Source of the DNA: Eledone cirrhosa | Taxonomy: Eukaryota | Length of the DNA: 64,000 bases | Direction of reading: 5' to 3' | NCBI GenBank assembly: GCA_964016885.1 | Contig: OZ024742.1 | Location: 35,898,001-35,962,000, forward strand | Shown: in pieces, positions 15,287-30,032 of the stretch | Position numbering within the stretch: the stretch's first letter is position 1 | Layout: every line of letters starts with the position of its first letter | Notes under the pieces: generated by a model | What the model was told of the DNA's origin: nothing | What the model saw: only the letters and a program-made list of their open reading frames with translations | The model's database searches: none | Translations under genes and position numbers: made by a program

Positions 15287-15412
15287 ATAGGAGTAAGTAA
15301 GACCCCGACGGCTGAGCTCAAGCCGTTTCGACGGCTAATTCTGTACTAATTAGTACAGAATTAGCCGTCGAAACGGCTTGAGCTCAGCCGTCGGGGTCTT
15401 ACTTACTCCTAT
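15287..15412. repeat. Perfect fold-back palindrome in a dispersed repeat
   Basis: ATAGGAGTAAGTAAGACCCCGACGGC...GTACTA-AT-TAGTAC...GGGGTCTTACTTACTCCTAT; homologous to 52979-53040 and, upstream, to 49305-49390. Confidence 0.9.
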
Positions 15413-15472
15413 ATATATATATATATATATATATTGTAGAATATTAAATATATATATATATATGTAGAATAT

Positions 15473-15526
<54 letters not shown>

Positions 15527-15659
15527 ATATTATATATATAGATATATATTTAATATTCTACCATACTAGTTCATTATAATATCATTATAATTTTAAAGCA
15601 TTGTAAATAAAAAGAGTTAATCAGACAAAGTTGGAATTCATTATATTAATATAATCTTC

Positions 15660-15832
15660 GGGCGGTGGATTGGCAGTATCAGTAGAGGGTCGGACGCCAT
15701 GCTTTCCAGCATAGTTACGTCCCTTTACGATCTCGCCGAGGTTGACTTTACCTTTCATCCTAACGGGGTCGATAAAATAAAGTACCAGTAATGCACTGGG
15801 TAATTGCTGGCCTTGTGCCTAAAGTAGAAACA
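15660..15832 (+). mobile_element. SINE with 20-bp target-site duplication
   Basis: ATTATATTAATATAATCTTC at 15640-15659 and 15833-15852. Confidence 0.92.
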
Positions 15833-15860
15833 ATTATATTAATATAATCTTCTATACACA

Positions 15861-15973
<113 letters not shown>

Positions 15974-17032
15974 CTTTACTGCACATCCTAATTGTATATC
16001 GTTAGCTTGGCCACAGCTAAAACTTCGATTTTATTAAACTTCCATTTGTATTATTATCTCCTAGACTTAATGATTAATTAATTAATTAATTTAATTAGAC
16101 AATTCTATTGATTGGTTAATCATTTATGTTTGGTTAATAACGTCTAGTTGAGAGCTTCTTTTTCGGATTGTGGAACGGAATGAATTCCTTTGTTCACACT
16201 TTGAATTTGCCCGCCAAAAACCGGGGGTTACACGTGATAGTGAAACATTGACTGCTGCCATTGTTAGCAGTTTACTGCTACACATCTCTCCGGTTTGAGG
16301 TACAGAACGGAAACCTGTTGATAACGTGAGTCTACAGTTCGATCATCGAATACCACAAACCTGCATATTAGGCAAGTAGGATTGTTGATTTAGGATCCAT
16401 AGAAACCTATCGGACGTATTGCATAATATCGTTCGATTTGGTCCAGGTCAGTTATCTAACCTGATTGATTTTTTCGTTGCTTTGGTATTATGTGGCTAGG
16501 CTTACAATTTGTCAAGCTATCTAACGTATGTTATTACTCTAAGATGACACAACCTTATCGAGTGCTTTGTTGCACATTCATAATTGTATATCGTTAGCTT
16601 GGCCACAGCCAAAACTTTGATTTTACTAAACTTCCATTTGTGTTGATTTTACTAAACTTCCATATATATATATATTTCTATACATGAGAGTCATATATCA
16701 TAAGAATAGAGGAGAAGGAACTATGATATAATATGTTAGATGCCTTTAGCCGAAGTTAAAAGTGGTCAGTGCTTAAAGATGCGAGATTAAATATTATAGT
16801 AGAATTAATATCTAAGGAGAGTTATGTGCAGAAGATAAACAGAGCGAGTATATGTAGAGATATATGGTGGAGAAAGCAAGACACTTAATAACAAAATGTA
16901 TTTCTTACACGGTGTTCCGTCGTTAAGTACATTTATAATTCAGCAGGTAGATATATGTTTATATCCTACCGTAGAGATGTACCTATAGATATTTCATTAG
17001 TGATGGAATGAAACATTCAAACGAAAGAAACA

Positions 17033-17222
17033 AATAATTGTTTCTACATTTGGCACAAGGCCAGCTATTATCCCAGTGTATTACTGGTACTTTATTTTAT
17101 CGACCCCGTAAGGATGAAAGGCAAAGTTAACCTCGGCGGGATTTGAACTCAGACCATAAAGGGCCGTAACTCTTTGCTGCAAAGCATGGCGTCCGACTCT
17201 CTACCGATACTGCCAATCCACA
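17033..17222 (-). mobile_element. tRNA-derived SINE
   Basis: Reverse complement of the consensus. Confidence 0.9.
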
Positions 17223-17666
17223 AATAATATCCGATCTTCAGCCATCCGTTCTTGACGCTGTCAGCCAAATGTATGTCTAGTTTTCGGTATATAAAAGATG
17301 GTAACCGAAACGTCCACAATATACCACAACAACTGGGAAAATTATCCCAGCAACTGCCCGAAAAGCAAACAACCGGGCAACGGGCTGGTAACGAGGCAAA
17401 ATAAATAAGTTTAGTCGTTTGAGTACACGAAGAAAACTTGCATGAGATAGGCAAACACATACATCAGATGAAATAGCTGAAACATAAAAACATGAAAACA
17501 GAGGGAAACTGTTTAAGCAAGGAACTACAGCTTGTGGACGAATAATGAAACGAATTGTAATCGTAAGATTACAAAACACCTATTGGGTGTCAGCGGATAT
17601 TGTTTGTTTGCTCCCTTTGTATCATTCCATTCTGTCTCCAATTTGATTTACAGCATTATCCTACGC

Positions 17667-17872
17667 CAGGTATATCAAACTGAGGGCCCCCGAGGGCCAA
17701 CATGGGTCACATATGTGTTGTCTGAGGGCAACACATGACAACTAATTGCGCACATTACAACTAATATTTTTTATTTCATATTACGCTCGCGCTGTAAAAA
17801 CCTTTGTGCGGGCCGCAGGTGTGCTTGTAAAGAGCCGCATGCGACCCGCGGCCCACATGTTTGACACGCCTG
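17667..17872. mobile_element. hAT-type MITE
   Basis: Imperfect TIRs CAGGTATATCAAAC / GTTTGACACGCCTG; 8-bp TSD TCCTACGC / TCCTACGT. Confidence 0.8.
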
Positions 17873-18277
17873 TCCTACGTTACACAGCGTTATTTTCAAA
17901 ACTTGCTTTCTCATTATCGATTATTATTCTCGTCCAAATTTTCTCCCCTTCTTTGTCCAATCCTAATTTTTTAATTTGCTTTAGCGTCACGATCCTCCAT
18001 GTCACGTCATTTTTTTTTATTTCAGTTTCAGAGAAAAGCGGTTACGTTTGATACTTTATTTTGTGTAGACAGAAGTCTAGTACATAATGCAAAGCTTGCA
18101 AAATGAAGATAGCACAGTCGTAATGGGAATTTCTTTGGTTGTAGATCTGAACAATCTGGTTAGACCTGGAGTTAAACAGCAGCAAATTTGAATATTGTTT
18201 ATGCAATTATTCTAGTTCCCGGCGTTCTGAATACAAATCTCGCCGACATCAACAACATGTTTATGTGTGTGTGTGTG

Positions 18278-18373
<96 letters not shown>

Positions 18374-19365
18374 AGATGCACATATATGTATGTATGAATG
18401 TATGTATGTCCATGCATGTATGTGTGTTTGCGTGTCTGTTTGATTAGGTATCGTAACCTATCAATAAAATACGTGATTTGAAAAGAAAGGTGCTGAGGTC
18501 GATATGAGGGAGTAAAATGGTTTGCAGATGATGAAAATCTCCAGCATGGCCACAGTCTAATGACTGAAACCTGTAAAAGAGTAAAATAATGTTTCCCAAT
18601 CCTCCAACGCCTCTGAAACAAAAAACATGCAACCGTTTGTAAAAAAAAGGCCATATGATAAATGATATTTATATATTTCATTTGTCTTCATTATGAAAAT
18701 ACGCCATATTTGTTGTGTACCATTTATCATGTTCCTTATAAAGTTTCCACAAAACCACCTTGTGTGTCAAGCCGATGTTTGATTTTGAGCAGCAAACATA
18801 TTGGTTTAACGCAACTGCCTTTGATTAATTCGCTAGGGAAGCAGCATTTCAAAGAATCCTATTTTTAGTTTATGTCTTCTATCATTTCATTTTATTTTGT
18901 TTGTGATTTTGTTTTATTTTTTGCTTTTTTTACACCGTGGCAGATTCATTTTAGCCATTAGGCAACAAAAGAAAAAGAAAAGAATAGAAAGCACAAAACC
19001 TATTAACTTCAGTTTAAATTTATCATCTATTTCCTAGTGTCAACATTTTCATCGCGCATTTTGCGACCTGGTCATTAAAACCTGGCCACGTGAGAGAAAA
19101 TGTGAGAGAAAGCACAAACACAAGGACAATTCCTGCTCATCGACTGTCTTTTGTGGATCACTAATGTTTCGAACGCATTAAAGACAGTACATTTCACCCC
19201 AGTGCGTTAATAGCTAAAATGGATAGCTATCCGGGAAGAAACACAATGGACGATTACGAAGATATATATATATATATATATAAACTCAGATTTACATTTC
19301 TTGTATTTAGCCATGTAGAGCTATAAAACTATTTGTTATGTATATATTTATATATATATATATAT

Positions 19366-19459
<94 letters not shown>

Positions 19460-20146
19460 ATCGTACCTACGTTTACGTTTGTACCTGTGTCTGTGTTTAT
19501 GGCCCGTAATTTAAAGGTGGCTAAAAAGAGATTGATAAAATAAGTACCAGACTTGAAAAAAGTAGTACTTGGGGGTTGATATGATCGACTAAATCAAGAT
19601 GCTGCCCCAGCATGGTCGCTGTGTAATGACTGAAACCTATAAAAGAATGTTTCGAGAAATTAAAAACCATGCACATATGAAGAATATCAGTTTATAGTTT
19701 ATAGGTATATTTCACGGTTTCGCGTGGTTTAAAATTCATATTTTTAACCACCACGAACTTCACCCCTACGTCATGTCTCCTTTAATTTTGAAGGAAATTG
19801 TCAAACCAGAATGGTGGATAGGGCTGAGGGAGAAATAAGAGTGAGAGAAAGTGAGAGAAAGTGTGTATTTCTGAATGAGAGAGAGTGTATGTGAGAGAAA
19901 AAGTATGGCTGGGGTAATAACGAGTAAGAGAGAGAGAGAGAGAAGGGAGGATGTAATGTAGAAGAGAGTAAGAGAAAGTGTGATTGAAAGAGTGAACATG
20001 AGAGAGATAGAGAAATAGAGAGGGGGGGTAGGGAGGGGGAGAAGTGAAACAGATGTAAGAGAGAAGGAAGTAAGATAGAGTGAGATGTAGGAACGAGAGA
20101 ATGATGTGAGAGAGTGGGGGAGTTTAGAGAACGTTTGAGAGTGTGA

Positions 20147-20242
<96 letters not shown>

Positions 20243-20545
20243 GTGTGTGTATGTGTGTGTGTGTGTGTGAGAGAGAGAGAGTGGGAGAGAGAGGGAGAGA
20301 GAATAACTAATACACCGACAGACCGACTACAAGCATACTGATAGAAGGAAGCAAAATAAATAAATGAATGCATAAATACATAAATAACGGAATCAGCAAT
20401 TTCTAGTAAGTTAGTGGTTCCGTCATAAATCATATTTGTGTCAAATTGTAATTAAAAAAAACCTAATAATAATAATCTATGTTGAATAGATAGGTCATTT
20501 TTACAGATATTACTACTTCCATATATACATAACTAGAGCTCACAT

Positions 20546-20680
<135 letters not shown>

Positions 20681-20692
20681 TATATATATATA

Positions 20693-20750
<58 letters not shown>

Positions 20751-20757
<7 letters not shown>

Positions 20758-21105
20758 GTGAGGTTTTTTTTTTTTTTTTTTTTTTTTTACAAAATGAAAA
20801 ATAACCGAGGTGTCCTACACGAGTGAAAGTATAAAGAAAAAGAGATGAAATCGAAAATGCAACTGGAGTCTTATTTTTTTTTTAAATATATATATTTATT
20901 TGGTTCCTTTACCGGTTTCGCAGTTCTTCTGCTTTTCAAAAGGTGAGTTGAGATGGAGGGTCTGTGGTTTAAAACCACAGACCCTCCATCTCAACTCACC
21001 TTTTGAAAAGCAGAAGAACTGCGAAACCGGTAAAGGAACCAAATAAATATATATATTTAAAAAAAAAATAAGACTCCAGTTGCATTTTCGATTTCATCTC
21101 TTTTT

Positions 21106-21112
<7 letters not shown>
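20751..21112. mobile_element. HHR-bearing fold-back repeat, family C copy 1
   Basis: ~140-bp arms (20830-20970 / 20972-21112) between (TA)n tracts; homologs at 52621-52965 and 57451-57802. Confidence 0.85.
20999..21036 (+). ncRNA. Minimal type I hammerhead, U3-A8 core variant (mirror copy on minus strand)
   Basis: CCTT-TTGAAAA-GCAG-aagaa-CTGC-GAAA-CCGG-TA-AAGG; palindromic stem III ACCGGT; GUA site. Confidence 0.7.
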
Positions 21113-21142
<30 letters not shown>

Positions 21143-21232
21143 CAGTGAGATCGTATTTCGGCGGCCGCCAAAACAAAACGAAACGCAATTTTCGAGATAT
21201 GCCGGCAAGCGCTCAATGGACTAGGAAGAAGC

Positions 21233-21323
<91 letters not shown>

Positions 21324-22216
21324 ATTTTTAAAACCATTCTGTTGAGTGCTTAATTCGTTTTGTGATATTTTGCAATTTTGCAATAACACACATACTGAAT
21401 TCATCCGCCAAAACTAAGAGTTGCCCCCCTTGTCTAGCCCCACGTGGGTTTTGATAACGGTCAGTCTTTGGCTTTGAACAGAACTAAATGCCTGTTGAAA
21501 AAGTGACTTCCTTGTTCGATCATCATACCAAAAGCTTAACATTATTTGTTTAAGCAGACAGTACCTGATTTAGGAGTTGCAGAAACCCCATACTGGATAT
21601 TACCAACGTTTCCAGGGGTCAGGGTATAATTTTCAATCATATTTTATTATTTGTTTGACCCGAATTACTTGGTCGTTTCTATGGCTGTGCGGATAATGGT
21701 TTAACCATCGTCTCAGTGTGTTTGGCCTTTTAACTTACGTTGTTGCTCTGGTTCACTAGTTTCTATGGAGCGCTTACCTCACATTTCGGAAGCTGTTTTT
21801 CGCTAATTTCCAATAGCCGAAATACGATTCTCGCTAATTTATATTTATATAGGTCAACTTTGCCTTTCATCCTTTCGAGGTCGATAAAAAAAATACCAGT
21901 CTAGTATTAGGATTGATTCTTCCACTATATCTCATTTCCTCTCTCTCACTTTCTATCTCTCTCTGGAAGAAATCTGCTGTACTCAGGCCTGGAGAGGGAT
22001 GGACTCCGCCAGGCTTAAAATGCCCAACAAACGCCATATGTCAATATGGCGCCCCTACGACTCTATCAGAAGTTACGAGATACATACATACATACATATA
22101 TACATATATATACATACACGTATACAGAAACACACACACACACATACACATTGACACATATAAGCACACTGGTAATAAGCTCAGTATAGATGTGAATATA
22201 GACCCTCAAATAGGTC

Positions 22217-23117
22217 AAGGCCAGATGTGAAATGTAGGTCACTAAAGCTAGTAATAGGTTCAGGTCAGATGTGAAATGTAGGTCACTAAAGCTGGTAATA
22301 GGTTCAGGCCAGATGTGAAATGTAGGTAACTACAACTGGTAATAGATTCAGGTCAGTTGTGAAATGTAGGTCACTAAAGCTAGTAATAGGTTCGGACCAG
22401 ATGTGAAATGTAGGTCACTAAAGCTAGTAATAGGTTCAGGCCAGATGTGAAATGTAGGTCATTAAAACTGGTAATAGGTTCAGGTCAGATGTGAAATGTA
22501 GGTCACTAAAGCTTGTAATAGATTCAGGTCAGATGTGAAATATAGGTCACTAAAGCTAGTAATAGGTTCAGGTCAGATGTGAAATGTAGGTCACTAAAGC
22601 TGGTAATAGATTCAGGTCAGATGTGAAATATAGGTCACTAAAGCTAGTAATAGGTTCAGGTCAGATGTGAAATGTAGGTCACTAAAGCTGGTAATAGATT
22701 CAGGCCAAATGTGAAATGTAGGTAACTATAACTGGTAATAGATTCAGGTCAGTTGTGAAATGTAGGTCACTAAAGCTAGTAATAGGTTCGGACCAGATGT
22801 GAAATGTAGGTCACTAAAGCTAGTAATAGGTTCAGGCCAGATGTGAAATATAGGTGACTATATCTGGTAATAGGTTCAGGCCAGATGTGAAATGTATGTC
22901 ACTAAAGCTAGTAATAGGTTCAGGCCAGATGTGAAATGTAGGTCACTAAAGCTAGTAATAGGTTCAGGCCAGATGTGAAATGTAGGTCACTAAAACTGGT
23001 AATAGGTTCAGGTCAGATGTGAAATGTAGGTCACTAAAGCTAGTAATAGGTTCAGGCCAGATGTGAAATGTTGGTAACTATATCTGGTAATAGGTTCAGG
23101 CCAGATGTGAAATATAG
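22217..23117. repeat. 44-bp minisatellite, ~20 copies
   Basis: Unit AGGTCACTAAAGCTAGTAATAGGTTCAGGCCAGATGTGAAATGT; degenerate edges extend to ~23235. Confidence 0.95.
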
Positions 23118-23591
23118 ATCCGCAAACCTGGTAATATGTCTTGAACCTATTACAACTGGTAAAACGTTCAGGGCAGAAGTGAAATATAGTCCGCCCTCAG
23201 AACTGGTGATATGCCTAGGTTAGATTTGAAATATATCATGTGAGACATTTTATTTATTGAAAGAAAAAAAACTACTGCTAAAATCATCACTTGTTATTTT
23301 TGCAATGTGGTTTAAATAGTAACACGTGACCACGCATTGAACTCAGAATGAAAAGAGCTGGAACAATTATCGCCAGATTCTATCAGACGCCAAAAAGACT
23401 GTCAATTAGCCGCATATATTTAGTTATTTAGTGCCCCGTAATGTATTGAAACAAGTTAGCAACTGGAAACGACCTTGGTTTAGCCAATTTTTAAACAGAG
23501 ACCATGTCAAGATGAAAGTCTTGACTGATGACTCACTCACAGGTGATATATGAGACATGAAAGTGCAAGGCAGTGGGTTTGGCAAGGAGCA

Positions 23592-23696
<105 letters not shown>

Positions 23697-23740
23697 AGCG
23701 TGGACCTAATAACACTTATTGTTTTTTATCACTATGTTTG

Positions 23741-23794
<54 letters not shown>

Positions 23795-25114
23795 AAAGAA
23801 AAGTTTTTCAAATTTTGAACTGCAGTTTGAGAATTGTAAGTCGCTTATTAGAGATCAGCTTGACGTTTTGGGGTGTAACCATAGACGACAGCGAGCTCGT
23901 GTGGGCGGAACATAATTCCACTGCATGTAACATAGCTGCAACAGAGGTCTGGAACTCTACAAGGAATCACAAACAAGCAGCGTGCGCAGAGAGAGGGGGG
24001 ATAGCTATTGTTTACACAACCAAAGTATGAATCATCAACGTGTAAACGCCTGTATATATATCTTGGATGATTGCTTCATATAATATTCTCAGCCGGCCCA
24101 ACTCAGTCGAAAAGAAAAAAAAATGATCGGTGTTGGTGCTGAAGGTACCAAAAATGATTACTCTTAAACAACCTACACAGAATGATACAGGCTGGTTGCT
24201 GTAAATACAATATTTTTCTATGCTTTTTATTCTTTTGTTGTGGACACCGCATTACCGTTCGTTTTGTATTCATTAGATCCTCAGGTCAACCAATGCCCTG
24301 TGAGTGAAATTGGGTAGGTGGAAAATGTTTAGAATCCCGTCAGATGGAATGTGCTTGTAATTCAAATGGTCAACCTTGTCACGCTGAATATCCACGAGAA
24401 TTACATTAAAGGTAAACATATTTGTGGAATGCTCAGCTACCTGTAAGTCAATTTAACGAGCAGGCTGTTCCCTTGATCCAACCACTAAAACACATAAAAA
24501 TACCAAATAAGATATGGCGCAATACTTTATTCTTTTGCTATTCTTAACTCTTTCACTAGACTGTGGTCATGCTGAGACACCAACTACCTGCAAGAGTAGT
24601 CGATCATATAAACCTCCAGTACTTTTTTCCAAGTCTGATACTTATTTCATCGATCTCATTTTGTCGAATAGGTATATTACGGAAGATAAGCACAGACACA
24701 AACTCAAACGCTAACAGACACTGGCAAAGAAACATACAAACATACTTACGCATCTATCTATATATGAAATAGAGGAGATAGAAACTGTGTGGAATCCCGT
24801 CGAATGGATTGTACCCGTAATTCAAAAGGACCAACCTTGTTAGCTAAAGTGTCACGTTGATTCTATCCCAAGAGTTACGTTAAGCATACTCGTGTTTGTG
24901 GAATACTCAACCACTTACACGTTTATTACACAAATAGGCAGTTAAAGGTACACGTGACTGGAGAAGACTCCATTGACTCAGCAACCGTCGAAATCGACGA
25001 AGGATCCATTTTCTTAACACTTTTAATATCAAACCACCCAAAACTACTTCAATTAAATATATTCAAATTTAAATAAAAATCTTGGGCTGAAATCTTGTTA
25101 CACACAGATAATAT

Positions 25115-25883
25115 TAAATTTAAGTAGGAAACCTGCACTCTACATGTGAACGGAGTTCCACTGAAACAGGTAGAGAAGTTCAAGTATCTCGGGTCGTATC
25201 CACGTGTTATGGAAGGCAGGAGGCTGAATTAAGTGCAAGAATTGCAGGAGTTGGTGCAGTAATGCGCCAATTTCAACATTCAGTAATAAGAAGGGAGGTA
25301 GGTGTAAAAGCCAAACTGGATATCTTCAATTCGGTTTTCGTGCCAACCCTTACCTATGGTCATGAATCTTGGGTAATGACTGAAAGAATACAATTGCAAA
25401 TAAAATGGGATTCCTCTGAAGGATCTTTGGAATAATATTACTCAAAGTACCAGTAATGTACTGTGTAATTGCTGGTTTTGTGCCAAAAGTAGAAACAATA
25501 TTACTCGATAAAGTGCGTTGCTCGGAGATCAGAGAGTCACTCCGGGTAGAGTTGCTACTTCTCCGAGTTGAGAGATCATAGCTCTGGTACTATGGGTATG
25601 TGGTTAGAATGTCTCAGGAAAGAATAGCTAGGCGGATTTTACAGGCAAAACCAGCGGCAGGAGATACAGAGGTAGACCTCGAGCAAGATGGTTGGGTAAC
25701 ATCCAAGAGCTTGGCTGGTCACGCTTGGAGATCCAGTGGGGTCAGTTGGAGACTGTCGCTTCTGACAGGACCCGCTTGAAGGAGTGTTTGAGGACTCTTC
25801 CCGCACGATCCTCTATAGAAGAAGAAGAAGAAGAAGAAGAAGAAGAAGAAGAAGAAGAAGAAGAAGAAGAAGAAGAAGAAGAA
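25115..25883 (+). mobile_element. Decayed RTE-clade LINE 3' fragment with (GAA)n tail
   Basis: Translates to LKQVEKFKYLG, FVPTLTYGHESW and RGRPRARW; interrupted by a SINE piece at ~25445-25500. Confidence 0.8.
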
Positions 25884-26496
25884 CTGGTGGCAATGTTGCT
25901 TACATTTTGGAAAATATATAATTTTAAAAGTATCTGAGAAATGTTGATAAAACGGTACTTGAGTTTAATTAAATCTAAAGACATTAATATTAATTCTAAA
26001 AACAGTTAATTGCACTTATTCACTTATTAACACAATTCCAGGAAATAAAGATCAACGAAGATTAAACCACAAGTGTGTGTGTCAAACTCTGACTGCTGAC
26101 TTCCACTGTATCTTTTATGATGTAACTAATTATTTAGTTTATGTGTTTTTAACGTATCCAACATGACGGCGAATTGTAGTATGCTTTGCAGTATTCGCTC
26201 CGGTTCTCTTCTCTCTCAGTTCAAATCCCACTGAGACCAACTTGCCTTTCATCCTTTCGAGGTCGATAAAAAAAAGTACCAGTCTAGTACTGGGGTTGAT
26301 TCTTCCTCTATATCTCTTTCTCATTTCCTCTCTCTCATTCTCTATCCTCCTCCGAAAGAAATCTGCTGTATTCAGACCTGGAGGGGGGATGGGCGTCATT
26401 AGGCTTTAAAAAATGGTTTAGAAGCGCCTTATGTCACTATGATGCCCCCACGACTCTAACAGGAGTTACGGTACTAAGAAAAGAAGAGAAGAAATA

Positions 26497-26890
26497 TACT
26501 GGGATAATTGCTGGCCTTCCTTGTGCCAAAAGTAGAAACAGTTATTATGTTGAAAGTTAGCTTTGCCATTCATAATTACAGGGTCGATAAAATAAAGTAC
26601 CAATAATGTACTAGGGTCGATTTAATCGACTTTCCCCTCACCCAAATTTGCTGGCCTTGTGCCTAATGTAGAAATCATTATTATGTTGAAAGTTGAGGGC
26701 CGTAGATTGGCAGTATCGGTAGAGCGTTGGGCAACATGCTTCGCGGCATAGAGTTACGGCCCTTTACGTTCCGAATGCAAATCCTACCGATGTTAGTTTT
26801 GCCTTTCATTCTTACGGGGGTCTATAAAATATAGCACCAGTAATGCACTGGGCTTAGATTTCTACCCGTTGGCTTTGTGCCTAAATCCGA
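26497..26890 (+). mobile_element. Cluster of SINE fragments and copies
   Basis: Three consecutive pieces of the SINE consensus. Confidence 0.8.
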
Positions 26891-27563
26891 AAGTTAGTTT
26901 CATAATTCTCGATAATTAAAACACAAGGCCTCACTGTTATTGTTCGGAATATGGTCATCTGTAATTTAAGTATATAAATTAGTAATTAAACGAGTATGTC
27001 GTTCCGTTTAACGGGCAACCGACATACACAAACATCATCGTAGCTGGTGGAGATTCCATGATTCTGCGTGTTGGCGTATATATTGATTAAAAGAGTAGTT
27101 CTCCAGTCGAATTCCCGAAATAAATGCTGACAGGAGGTTTCAATAGCTACATTAATTTAATGAGATGTATGATAATAAAATCGTTCAGTCCTACAAATAA
27201 TCTTACAGCTCGACAGTTGAGAAGTTCAGAAAAGAAATTTTGATTGACGACTTTAGAATTGATCAAATGATAAAATGGTATGTACGTAAATAGAAACAAA
27301 TAATAGAAGTTGACTCGAATGGAATTCTCTAACTTTTTCTGTCTGTTTGCCCCCACCCACTTACCGTGATATATATATATATAGTCTTTCTCTTTCTCTC
27401 CGTCTTTCTATATATATATACACAGATAAATCTACCAATCAATAGTAGGGTCTAAACCGTATGAAGAACTCAATGTAATCCGTATGTAGAAGATGTCGTG
27501 AAGTGAAGTTTAAAATACTAAATTTTTAACGATATAATTCATTGGATACAGAGTCAAAAATAG

Positions 27564-27688
27564 AAATATTAAAACAATGAAAGTAAACACAAAACGGTTA
27601 ATTCATAGTAAAAGTCATTATTTTATGAGTTTTAATGAGTTTTACTATGAATTAACCGTTTTGTGTTTAATTTCATTGTTTTAATATT

Positions 27689-27690
<2 letters not shown>
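27564..27690. repeat. Fold-back palindrome
   Basis: GAAATATTAAAACAATGAAA..CACAAAACGGTTAATTCATAGTAAAA mirrored by TTTTACTATGAATTAACCGTTTTGTG..TTTCATTGTTTTAATATTTC. Confidence 0.85.
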
Positions 27691-27740
<50 letters not shown>

Positions 27741-27759
27741 CATACATATATATATAAAT

Positions 27760-27818
<59 letters not shown>

Positions 27819-28235
27819 AATACATATCGTCAAGTATGAAATTTGTAGAAATTTGTTTTTGTTCTACAAATTTCATACTTGACGAGCCAAATATATATAT
27901 ATATGTATGTGTGTATGTGTCTGTGGGACAAAAATAACTTCTTATTCCTCTGCCAATATCCTCACTCAATATTTACTTCTTCATCTATATTAAGACAATT
28001 ATTTTTTTTTGGATATCCTATCATATAATTATATACGTCTATCACTTACACAATGACAATTTGAGCTACTTAAAGCTCTCGCACCCTCTACTTCGCTTCA
28101 CGCATCCTTGATCTACCCTACCACTGGTACCGATAGAGGTAGCCTACCACTAGTAACGCATAGTTACGTCCTTTTACGGTCTGAGTTCAATCGACTTCCC
28201 CCTGCCCTCAAATTGTTGGCCTTTACGAACAGAAA

Positions 28236-28447
28236 TAATTGTTTCTACTTTTGGCACAAGGCCAGCAACTATTCCAGTGTATTACTGGTACTTTATTTTA
28301 TCGACCTCGTAAGGATGAAAGGCAAAGTTAACCTCAAATCCCGTCGAGGTTAACTTCGCCTTTCATCCTTACGGGGTCGATAAAATAAAGTACCAGTAAT
28401 GCACTGGGTATTTGCTGGCCTTGTGCCCAAAGTAGAAACAATTATTA
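28236..28447. mobile_element. Head-to-head inverted pair of SINE 3' halves
   Basis: Minus copy 28236-28335 joined to plus copy 28336-28447. Confidence 0.85.
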
Positions 28448-28591
28448 CCATTGTTACTCTCATTCTACACCTCTACTATCTTACCCCTCCATCTTTATTA
28501 CTCATCGGACATATAAATCCCCGTATTTATATCTTTTGATATATCTTTTGATTTACTTTAATGTATTTTATTATATTGTTTCTCCCCCCTG

Positions 28592-28775
28592 CTGGATTGG
28601 CAGTATCGGTAAAGCGTTGGACGCCATGCTTTGTAGCATAGAGTTACGCCCCTTTATGATTTGAGTTCAAATCCCGCCGAGGTTAACTTTGCCTTTCATC
28701 CTAACGGAGTCGATAAAATAAAGTACCAGTAACATACTGGGTTATTTGATGGCCTTGTGCCAAAAGTAGAAACAA
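28592..28775 (+). mobile_element. tRNA-derived SINE
   Basis: Consensus match. Confidence 0.9.
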
Positions 28776-29256
28776 TTTTTTTTTTCATCGTAACGTCTGT
28801 ATACCTATATTTATAGTTTTATTTTATTTTATTTTATTTTATTTTATTTTATTTTATTTTATTTTATTTTATTATTTCTTATCTCATTCTGCCTTTCATC
28901 TTGTTATTTTTCATGTTTTTGTCTGTACACCTCAGTATAAATACGCTGTATCGACAGTTCCAAAATAGTATTTGGATAATTTGGCTGGTAAAAACTATTT
29001 AAAATCAAATGTCACGACAGTACTGCAGATAGCGATTTTTAGAAACATCCAGCAGATTTGATGTTGAGATTAGACCTGTCCAGCGTCTTTTACAGCTATT
29101 GAAAGATAGAGACTTGATAGATTTATGACCCTGACTGAAGACGATAGCAGTTGGCGTGTTTTGCTGCTGAATCTTCATATGGGGAACAGAACTCTAGTGA
29201 GTGAACATCGTTAGTTTTTCTTCCTTCATATCAAAGATTTGAAGACAATTCATTAT

Positions 29257-29330
29257 TCACCTGATGAGATCAGTGATAATCGATCATGACCACACGATCG
29301 ATCTATCCCTTATTGAAACATGTGTCGTGA
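29257..29330 (+). ncRNA. Type I hammerhead with long stem II
   Basis: TCAC-CTGATGA-[long hairpin]-GAAA-CATGTG-TC-GTGA; GUC site; homolog at 49486-49559 (-). Confidence 0.75.
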
Positions 29331-29573
29331 TTAAAATGATTGGAAATTTATACCATGCCTTCGGATCTTTATCTTGATACAAATACTCCGTTTTACATCA
29401 TCTAGCTGTTCCCATAAATGGAATTGGAGATATACAAAAGCGTGGAGAACTTAATATTGCTAACAAAAGTTTATTGGACCGTTTTACACAACCAATAATA
29501 CACCTTACTATATAACAACTATATATATATATATATATATATATGATATATATAATCCATATGTATATATATG

Positions 29574-29628
<55 letters not shown>

Positions 29629-29812
29629 CACCCGCCACCACCCCTACACGCCCCACACCCTTCCACCACCTGTTTTACTTTATGTTTATTTTTATTTTTA
29701 TTATGCTTTTATACTTAATTTCATTTGTACCGTTTCCTCTCACCCCCTTTTTTCTATATGTCTCTCCACCACTCCCCTACACACCCTTGGAACTCTCTTC
29801 ACACACACTTTT

Positions 29813-29846
29813 CACCTGAAGAAGGGCGTATGCCTGAAACGTCGTT
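29813..29846 (+). ncRNA. Minimal PLE-type hammerhead, weak stem I
   Basis: CTGAAGA-A-GGGC-gtat-GCCT-GAAA-CG-TC; palindromic ACGT stem III. Confidence 0.55.
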
Positions 29847-29932
29847 CCCCACCACCACCCCACTCTCAAGAGCGTGAAACTAATAAACCTTTGTTCGTAC
29901 TGCCTCTCTGTTTTGTTCCCGTACAAATTTTT

Positions 29933-30032
<100 letters not shown>

